Positions 55,814 through 64,000 of a stretch of DNA of 64,000 nt are shown here, piece by piece. Each line of letters opens with the position of its first letter. Within the stretch, counting starts at the first letter, position 1. The DNA is from an uncultured Chloroflexia bacterium. GTDB lineage: Bacteria; Chloroflexota; Limnocylindria; Limnocylindrales; CSP1-4. Where the stretch lies: assembly GCA_963843335.1 (NCBI GenBank), contig CAWJKF010000018.1:576097-640096 (forward strand), given 5' to 3'. Below the pieces are notes generated by a model. It was not told the DNA's origin, did not search any database, and saw nothing but the letters and a program-made list of their open reading frames with translations. The position numbers and the translations under genes were made by a program.

Positions 55814-57698
55814 ATGACCCCTGCCGACCCGCTCGACACCTCCGCCGTCCGATCGACGCCCCGGCCCCCCGAGCCAGGCTCGTCGCCACCGGGACGCCGA
55901 CTCGACGCCTCCCGCCTCTGGTCCTCGGATTCGTGGCCCTGTTCGTGCTCGGTACCCTCGGGTTCCTGGCGAGCGCCCTGAACGCCATCGAGCAGCACGC
56001 CGTCGCCGTCGCCCTCGCCGACTGGGCGCCGACGGGCATCGGTGCTGCCCTTGAGCCGACACGGCGACACGGTCGCCGACCAGGAAGCGTCTCGTTCCGG
56101 CAGTCAGCCCGTCACCCACCGCAGACCCGGCCGTGTCGCCAGCCCCGAGCGCGTGCCCCTCGGCGTCACCGTTGCCGTCGGCCGTCGCTTCGCCGGCGCC
56201 GTCGACGGCGGTCGCCCCCGTGCCGGATGGCTCCGTTCCTGCGAGCGCCGGACCGTCGGCCTCCCTGGAGCCGCGGCGTCACCGACGCCTGGGACGTCAT
56301 GCGACCCGGTCCTCGCCGCGATGGCGGTGGGCCGGATGCCGTTCGTGCCCGTCATCCGGTACTGGGACACAGCGGAGTCCATCTCCAGCGCGGACCTCAA
56401 GGCCGCCCTGCGGGGCACGTCCAGTGCCTGGCCGCGGGTGCTCATCAGCACCGGCGACCGTGCCGCGCTCGAGGCGGCGCTGGGCATCACCATCGCCGAC
56501 ACGGTCCGGGAGGCCTCGCCGAACGCGATCATCGCCGCGGTCAAGAAGGGCAAGACGCTGGGCATCCTGCGGGCCTCGGATGTGGGGCCTTCCGTGCGTG
56601 CCCTCGGCATCGACGGTCGGGAGCTGTTCGGCAACGACCGGGTCGAACAGCTCGGTCGATGGCCACTCGTGGCCCAGGTGGAGACGACCGCCGGAAGCAG
56701 CCTGGGACCAGGGGGCGACCTGGACGATGGTCGCGGGCGGCGACTCGTTCACCGACCGTGGCATCTACGAGCGGGTCGTGCAACCGCAACAAGGGCGTCG
56801 ACTACCCGTTCGCCGGTGGCACCGCGCGGGTGACCGGTCACCACATCTGCACTGCCTGCCCGCGCGCGAACGGCAACAGCATCCCCAGCTACACGTTGTC
56901 GGGCCCCAAGGGCATCGTCCGCGCGCTCGATCAAGGATGCCGACCTGGCGCTCGCCAACCACGAGCAGCCGACACCCACGAACTGGTCGTTCCACAAGCA
57001 GGGCACGCATTTCAGCGGCAGGCCGGAGCTGACCGAGATCTTCCGTCGCGCGGGCATCGACTGGATGTCGCTCGCCAACAACCACATCCGCGACTACCAG
57101 GCGACAGGCGTCCTGAACACGCTCAAGACCCTCGACAAGTACGGCATCAAGCACGCTGGCGCGGGCGCAGAACCTGAAGCAGGCTGCCAAGCCCAGCTAC
57201 CTCAAGGTCAAGGGCCAGACGGTGGCCATCGTGTCGTGCGTGCCGATCGCTGTCGGGTATGTCCAGGCGACGACGAGCAGCCCTGGCGCCCTGCCCTGCA
57301 AGTCGAAGGAGGCGTTCGCCGCCATCCGGGCCGCGCGCAAGAAGGCGGACATCCTCATCGTCTTCCCACACTGGGGCATCGAGTTCAGTCGTTCACGCGC
57401 GGCATACCAGGAGCAGCTCGCCCAGCGTTGGGCGGACATGGGCGTCGATCTGGTGCTGGGCGCCCACTCCCACGTCCCGGGCGGCATCGGGGACATCGAC
57501 GGCACACCCGTCTTCTACTCGCTGGGCAACTTCATCTTCGACCAGAACTGGTCGACCGATACCACCGAGGGCGTGCTGCTGGAGATGACGTGGCAGGGCA
57601 GCACGCTGGTCCAGGCGCGGTTGCATCCGTTCCTGACCGTCGACCAGGCACAGCCGAACCTGCTGAACCCCCGGACGGACGATGGCAAGGCGCTCTGA
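55814..57698 (+). pseudogene. CapA/PGA_cap-family metallophosphatase-like membrane-anchored protein, fragmented over all three frames
   Basis: Pieces in order: TM LPPLVLGFVALFVLGTLGFL; MPFVPVIRYWDTAESIS...; WTMVAGGDSFTDRGIYERVV; NKGVDYPFAGG...; IKDADLALANHEQP...MSLANNHIRDY; ILIVFPHWGIEF...LVLGAHSHVPGG...FYSLGNFIFDQ. Confidence 0.7.
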
Positions 57699-57787
57699 AG
57701 GCCATCAGGAACGCATCCAAGGGCATCAGCGACTGGTAGTCGGCCGGTGGGCGGCGGCCCTCCGTCCGCGACCCAGGCCGCGGGAGG

Positions 57788-58712
57788 TCAGTCCTCCGGC
57801 GGGAGCCCCGCGAACAGGTCGTCCTCCGGGATGCGGACCGGCGCCCGGGACTCGCTGAGCGTGAAGTCCTCCGTGGGCATGAACTCGCGCCAGTCATCCG
57901 CGGTCAGGGCCAGGAAGAAATGGTCGGCGGCCAGCTGGGTGACGTGCTCCTGGAGTGCCGCGCAGCTTCTGATCGATGTTGGCGCGGACATCGACCGAGG
58001 TCGTCTTGGGACCGGTCGCTGCAGCCATGCGGGCGAACTGTGCCTCGCGCTGACTCGCGGGCCTCCTGGGTCTCGTCGACGGACGAGGTGAGCCAGGTCT
58101 GGATGCCTCGCTCCTGGAGCAGCTTGGCCATCTCCACGCGCCGGGACAGGTCCATGACCGTTTCGTAGCGCTTGAGCGGCTGCCACGGCCGAAGGCCTTC
58201 GGCCAGCTGCTCCGGGTACCACGCGGGATCGCCTGCGCGCTCGAATGCCAGGACCGCGACCTGTGCAGAGCGGATGTGGTCGGGGTGCCCGTAGCCACCG
58301 TACGCGTTGTAGCCCACGATCGACCTGCGGCCGGAGTCTCCCGCACGATGCGCACCAGGCGACCGGCGGCTTCGTCCAGGTCAGCGGTCCAGAAGCTGCC
58401 CGCCTCGTCGTTCTGGGGCGTTCCCATCATCCCCGAGTCGACGTAGCCAAGTCGTCGGGACTCGATCGGCCCGAGCCGCTCCAGGGCGCGTCGCAGCTCC
58501 TCGTCGCGCAGCTCGCGCAGCCGGGCGTGGTTCTCGGGCGTGTCCAGCTCGGGCACGACGATCTCGCCGTGCTCGCCGCCGGTGCAGGTGACGCAGATGA
58601 CGCGGTGGCCAGCGCGGCTATAACGGGCCATCACGCCTCCCGTCGCGATGGTCTCGTCATCCGGGTGGGCATGGACGGTGAGCAGCGAATGGCGAACGGG
58701 CATGCCGGCCAT
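57788..58712 (-). pseudogene. LmbE/PIG-L-family deacetylase-amidase (Mca/MshB-like) with about three frame changes
   Basis: LLTVHAHPDDETIATGG...CTGGEHGE | YGGYGHPDHIRSAQVAVLAFERAGDP | REAQFARMAAATGPKTTSVDV...KLR | AALQEHVTQLAADHFF...FMPTEDFTL. Confidence 0.7.
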
Positions 58713-58756
58713 GGTAGCCGGCGGCCGGGTGACATCCGCTCAGGCGGGAGCGGGTA

Positions 58757-60031
58757 CCGTGTCCGGCGATGGACTGCTGCGCCAGGGCCGCTCACCGGGC
58801 TCGTCGTCTGCGACCTGTCCACGGTGCTGGCGGGGCCGTACTGCTCGATGCTCCTTGGCGACCTGGGTGCGGATGTCATCAAGGTGGAACCGCCGGATGG
58901 CGACCCGACGCGTCGCTATGGGCCGCCCTTCGTGCCCCCGGTCGATGCATCGGGGGATGCCGCGATGCCAGGTGAGTCTGGCTACTACCTGTCCGTCAAC
59001 CGGAACAAGCGCGACATCCGACTCGACATCAAGACCTCCGATGGCGCCCGGGTGCTCGAGCGATTGCTGGCCGCCAGCGATGTGCTCATCGAGAACTTCC
59101 GGCCCGGGTCCCTGGCCGCGGCTGGGTTTCGACGATGACCGCCTGGGACGCATCAATCCGCGGCTGGTCCGGCTGTCCATCACGGGCTACGGACCGACAG
59201 GTCCCGATAGCGACCGACCTGGGTTCGATTTCATCATCCAGGCGGTATCGGGCCTCATGTCAATCACGGGTATGCCGGACGCGGAGGGCGGCGGGCCGAC
59301 CAAGGTCGGGGTCGCCATCGCCGACCTGACCACGGGGATGCTGGGCGCCGTCGCCGATCCTCGCCGCACTGCGCTGGCGGGACGGTGACGGCCGGTCGGG
59401 TCCTGGCTCCGGGGTCGGCCAGCGGATCGACACATCCCTGTTGGGTTCGGTCGTGTCGTGGTCCATCAACCAGGCGACGAACCACCTCATCGGCGGAGGG
59501 GTGCCGACGCGCATGGGCAACCAGCATCCGAACATCACGCCATACGAGACCTTTCGCACCCGCGACGAGCGAGCATCGCCATCGCGGTCGGCTCCGAGCG
59601 GCAATGGCAGCGCTTCTGCGAGGCGATCGGGTTGCCGGCGCTTGCGGACGACCCGCGGTTCGCCTCCAACGGGGACCGCGTGCAGCATCGCGCGGAGCTG
59701 CGAGCCATCCTTCGGGACCAGCTCGGTCAGCGACCCGCGGCCGAGTGGCAGGCGCTCCTGGTCGATGCGGATGTGCCCGTCGGACAGGTGCGTGACATGG
59801 CCCAGGTGTTCCGCGACCCACAGGTGCTGGAGCAGGGGCATGGTCGTGGAGGTCGATCACCCGATCGTCGGGCCGATCCGGATGCCTGGATTGCCCTGGA
59901 GGCTGCAGGCGACACCCGGATCGATCAGGCGACCCCCGCCGACCCTGGGTCAGGACACGGACGCGTTGCTGGAGTGGCTGGGGTTCGGCGCCGATGCGGT
60001 CGCCGCGATGCGGACGAGCGGAGCGATCTGA
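58757..60031 (+). pseudogene. Second family III CoA-transferase, fragmented (five or more frame changes)
   Basis: LTGLVVCDLSTVLAGPYCSMLLGDLGADVIKVEPP...YLSVNRNKRDIRLDIK | INPRLVRLSITGYGPTGP...FDFIIQAVSGLMSITG | MGNQHPNITPYETF | IAVGSERQWQRFCEAIG | VEVDHPIVGPIRMPGLPWRL. Confidence 0.75.
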
Positions 60032-60108
60032 CGGGGTGCTCTGGCCGGGGGTGCATGCCGGTTGCCCTGACTGGGTGCCCAAGGACCGGCTGTCCGACGG
60101 CTAACGAC

Positions 60109-61500
60109 TCAGGCGGTCTCCGATGGACTCGGCAACGCGGAGGGCCCGCCAAGCGGGCGAGCCGACCCGGCAGGTGCGGCGGATGCCGGCGTGGCGCTCA
60201 TGCCAGCCACCTCGCCCATCCCGCGCGCCGTGCGCGTCCGCACGAAGGCCTCGACCACCTCCGGGTCGAACTGGGTGCCCGCGCAGCGCCGCAGCTCCTC
60301 GATGGCCTGCTCCAGGGACTTGGGGCGCGTCTGGTATGGCCGGATCGCGGTCATCGCTTCGAACGAGTCAGCGACGGTCAGGATCCGTGCCAGCAGTGGG
60401 ATCTGCTCGCCGATGAGCCGGTCGGGGTAGCCGCTGCCGTTGTACCACTCATGGTGGAACTTCACGAGCGGCACGACCACACGCAGTCGCTCGGCATTGG
60501 CAAGGATCTCAGCGCCCTTCACAGGGTGCTTGTTCATCTCCATCCGCTCGGCCTTGTCGAGGCGACCCGGCTTGAGCAGGATCGCATCCGGGATGCCGAT
60601 CTTGCCGATGTCGTGGAAGAGCCCGGCCCATTCCAGGATCTCCAGCTCGGACTCGCTGACCCGCATCTCGACACCGATCTCCACCGCGATGCCCGCCACA
60701 TGCTCTGAGTGTCGCTTGGTGGACGGATCGCGAGCATCGATGGCCGAAGCGAGTGCACGCACGGTCTGCGTGAACATCCGCCGCAGCTCCACCACCGATT
60801 GATACGCCGCCCGCGTCGTATACAGCGGCGAGCGCAAACAGCACGACCATGACTGGGCCCAAGAGGACATACGCGAAGGCCATGAGCCATGCCAAGGGCA
60901 CGAGCCCGAATAGCGCCAGACCATAAGCCGACAAGTCGGACCGAATGACGGTCCGCAGGCTCCGGGAGTCGCGGAACGCGATCACCACACCGGTCGAGAA
61001 GTTCGTTGGTCACGTAGTAGGTAATCCCAGCCACGAGGCCCGCCAGTAGGCTCGAGAGGGCGGAGACCTGTACGTGCGTTCCACTCAGCAGTTCGCCGAT
61101 GAACCTAGCACCACCTAGGTATTCGAAGACCAGGGTGGCCAAGATGGCCGAGACAACCAGGCACGCATGGTTGTAGAGCGTGCCATACCACGGCACTTGG
61201 CCTCGCAGTTCCCGACCTTCAAAGGTGCCCAATCCGGCCACAATGGCCGCTGCCCAAGGACCACCGAGGAACCCAGCCGCCAGAATCGGTGTCGAGGACA
61301 CGCTCACGACGCGGCCCGCGTGGAGACTTAATGGGCGATGCCGAAGCCACCAAGGTCAGCACAACCCAGAAGCCCAACGACAAGAGCCCCTGGTCGCCGG
61401 CCATCGGGCCACCCAGGGGCTGAGCAAAAAGTACTGCAATTGAGAGTGCAACGGCCGCCGACACGACGGCCGCCACAACGACCCCTAGAGGTCTGGTCAC
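60109..61500 (-). pseudogene. Polytopic membrane domain + HD-GYP (c-di-GMP phosphodiesterase-type) domain protein, about three frame changes
   Basis: HD-GYP part: HSEHVAGIAVEIG...LFHDIGKIGIP...HHEWYNGSGYPDRL. Upstream TM segments are found in the frames of ORFs 61219..61500, 60534..61307 and 60509..60988. Confidence 0.75.
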
Positions 61501-61977
61501 GCGCTCGGTCCGTTCTTCCTAGCCAATGAGATGGCCTCAGAAGTATGCCCCCGAGGGTCTGCCCCGCTTATGAGCGCATGGTCCTAGTACCAGACCAGGG
61601 GCCATGCGCTCATTGCAGATCACACACGTCCTAGAAGGCTTGAACGCCGGATCCTCCTGCGAGGACAAGCGCCACCAGTGCAAGCATGAGCAGGCTACTG
61701 GCCACAGACCGACGCATACCATTCACCAGGGCTTGGTCGAAGAGTTCGGCTTCATCGGAAGTCCTTTCCGTGAAGGCAGCAGCGCCGACTGGCGCCGACC
61801 GCCGGCTAACTTGATGTCAACCGGGCCGGTTGCACGAATCGCTCCGGTCTGCCCAACGTGCCCAGCTCAGGCAGGCCTTCAACGCGTCCAAGTCCTAGCC
61901 AACCGAGTACGAAGGTACTGGTCAGCAACTAGGACCTTAGGGGCGACGGCACCGCGGCCAAATAGGTGATCCTACGT

Positions 61978-61993
61978 AGGGCGCTCACGCCCT
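61978..61993 (-). terminator. Short hairpin AGGGCG-CUCA-CGCCCU 14 nt downstream of the regulator stop, followed on the minus strand by a U-containing tract
   Basis: Read directly: agggcgctcacgccct. The minus-strand continuation is acguaggaucaccuauuugg. Confidence 0.3.
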
Positions 61994-62006
61994 GCGAGCA
62001 GCAGCT

Positions 62007-64000
62007 CTAGCCTCGGTCTTTGGCAGACTTCCTCAGAGATGGCCAAACCTGCGCGCCGCGGGCGTGCATATCGACTAAAGGAGGAGCTTCGATGCCAAGC
62101 TCCTCTTCGCAGGCCCTCGCGAAATGGGAGTATTGGTGAGCAGCAGCCGCCGTTGCGCCCGAATCCAGCAGAGCGATAATCAGACTTGCCTCAAGGTCTA
62201 GCGCAGATGGGTCCACGACTAGGGCACGTGCGATGACGTCGATGGCCTGCTGCGTGTCGCCTGAGCGAACGAGGTCCTCGCTCGTCGTCTGAGCCAATTG
62301 GAGGTAGGTGGCGTGGACGCGATCGCGCCAGGCCATCGACCAATCCTCGTAAGCGAATTCTGGGGCGAATGATCCCGCGTAGTCGCGCAGCAGTGCGATG
62401 CCGTCGGCACCGACATTGCCTGCCAGCAGCGTTGCGGCGGCCTGTCTGAGAAAGGCCGAACTATCGACCTGGACGAGGTCGCGGTCAAAGTAGACCAGGT
62501 CCGGCTCTACGACCAGGTAATGAACTGAGTGTGCCTCGTTGAACCACGGATCGATCTCGCGGCGCAAGGTAGAACAGCGTCTGGTGCAGACTATTCGCTG
62601 CTCCGCCTGGGGACTGGTTCGGCCAGAGCGACTCCAAGACCTGCTCCTTGGTCGCCGAGTGGTTGAGGCGGGATGCCAGAAAAGCCAGGAGGGACGCCGT
62701 TCGGCGCCTGGATTGCGACACGAACAGGTGCCGCTGGCCGATATCTATGGCGATGCGTCCGAGGTCGTGGAGCACAAGCGTTGGGTTGGCGTGCCTGGCA
62801 AGCTGTCTTCCAAGGATGCGGCGAGTTGGCAATCGCACATGCGTGCGCTCGTAGGCACTCAGCAGCGCCACATCCTCCACAGTACCGAACCGCGCAAGCA
62901 GTTGCGCAGCAGCTTGGGCCCTCGGAGTGTGCCCGGTTCTGACCAGCGCTCGGAGGGCCGGTAGCCACCTGTCCGGCCAGCGAACCACGGACTCTTCGAG
63001 CGCGGCGGGAATGTTGTCCAAGAGAGGCAGGCCCATTGCGATTGCATCCGCCAGTGCGAGCGTGGAAAGCTTTGCTGTGGTCAGGAGTGCCAGCAACCCT
63101 CGCCTAAATCCGTCGCGGTCGTCCGAGGCAACGGCTTCAATGAGACGCAGCCACTGCTCCCAGTGGCTGGCTCCCTGTTCGGTGGCCAGACGAAGACCCG
63201 CTGGTGGCCAACTCATGGGCTTCGTCGTTTCGGGCGAGCAGCAGGGCCACCAAAGCGCTCATGGTCGTGTGGCGAACGGCGGAATCGAGTTCAATTGATC
63301 CTTCCCAGGCGCCCTCCAATGTCCGAGGCGGCACCCTCGAGGTTCCCAGACACAAGGCACACAAGCACGCGGGTATATCTGAACGCATGCATGGGCGCCA
63401 GGGTCACTAACGCCGTCCATTGCCGCGCGTGCAGCCTTCCCGAGCTGTAGCCAGGCGCTGTCGACGGCTCCGGTCGCCCGAGGATCCATGCCACGTCGGC
63501 GAGCGCGTCAGACTCGGCCGTTTCGTCCACGGTCGCTTTGCGCATGTGCTGCTCGGCCTGATCCAGGTGTCCAAGCTCCCAAAGCGCCAACGCCGCTAAC
63601 GCGTGCGTCGACTCAGCTCCGGGGTGGCCGGGAGTCAGGTCAAGTTGATCGATGGCGCGGCGCGCGTATCCCGCCGCGCTGCTGTAGCGCCCGCGTGCGA
63701 GGTGCCCAAGGCCGGCGTTGTGGTAGCTGACCGCGGCGAAGTAGGGCAGATCCTGGCGAGCGTGGGCGTCTCCAAGCTCCACAAGTACGTCGCAGGTCTC
63801 AGCCAGCGGACCGCCTGCGTGAGCCGCCAGGACTGTGGCGTAGCCGCAGCAATAGATACCGCGACTTTTGGGGACCTGGGTGCCGAAGGATTTCGTCGGT
63901 AACAGCCCGCACCTTGTCGAATTGAGCTGTGGCCATATATGCGTTGGCGAGTGCGGCGCGCAGCAAGGCCCAGTCGTGGAGGTCATCTCCTTCGGGATTA
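62007..64000 (-). pseudogene. Large regulator fragment: TPR-like repeats - helical region - OmpR/PhoB-type wHTH - BTAD (SARP-type) domain. The N-terminus lies beyond the window. At least three frame changes.
   Basis: BTAD: FAYEDWSMAWRDRVHATYLQLAQ...ALVVDPSALDLEASLIIALLDSGATAAAAHQYSHFARACEEELGIEAP. wHTH: RRRTASLLAFLASRLNHSATKEQVLESLWP...ANSLHQTLFYL. TPR: YHNAGLGHLARGRYSSAAGYARRAIDQ. Confidence 0.65.

Noticed and set aside
61537-61722. 61-aa Cys-rich ORF (MVCVGLWPVACSCLHWW...) and plus-strand ORF 61604..61969 as stand-alone genes
   Set aside because: Neither has convincing composition or start context. They are more plausibly frame fragments or chance ORFs in a non-coding gap, and are discussed under the 61501-62006 finding instead.

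Overview
This is a high-G+C chromosomal segment. Codon position 3 is almost always G/C and many genes overlap by 4 nt (ATGA/GTGA). The gene content looks actinobacterial or Chloroflexi-like: LmbE/Mca-type amidase, family-5 UdgB, and Pro/Thr/Ala-rich lipoprotein tethers. All product calls come from motif recognition in my own reading of the translations; no database search was possible.

Layout:
- 1-21.9 kb, housekeeping and transport: rsmG (partial), csoR, hpt, a beta-CASP MBL hydrolase, a polar amino-acid ABC system, livFGMHK, an NYN-domain protein with a long disordered tail, holB, acyP, a 1150-aa GH13-like enzyme, udgB and tRNA-Arg(CCG).
- 22-45.4 kb, a carbohydrate/sugar-acid utilisation island:
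  - a kdgK / enolase-superfamily dehydratase / eda operon, followed by a DJ-1 family gene;
  - a DUF5107-TPR giant with a DapA-like aldolase;
  - an AraFGH-like transporter;
  - a six-gene coupled operon (mutarotase-like, CaiB-type CoA-transferase, crotonase, MBL, SDR, GH88/105);
  - a gntR-SIS-FAD-ROK-phosphotriesterase-like operon.
  - dre-like GntR operators are visible at both ends of the island.
- 45.6-51 kb: an hmuTUV-type heme importer. Its binding protein carries an extra Ig-like domain, and a secreted paralog of that domain is encoded divergently.
- 51-55.7 kb: a candidate sRNA, cyclophilin, a HisA-like gene, DUF885, ltaE and tRNA-Asp(GTC).
- 55.7-64 kb: a CapA-like gene, an Mca/LmbE-like gene, a second CoA-transferase, a membrane HD-GYP protein and a TPR-wHTH-BTAD regulator. 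All of these are riddled with frame breaks.

No CRISPR array, integrase, transposase or recognisable defence system was seen. The most interesting items are the heme-capture module, the hybrid sugar/CoA operon with its GntR regulon, the NYN-IDR protein, the orphan promoter+hairpin sRNA candidate, and the very uneven distribution of frameshifts.
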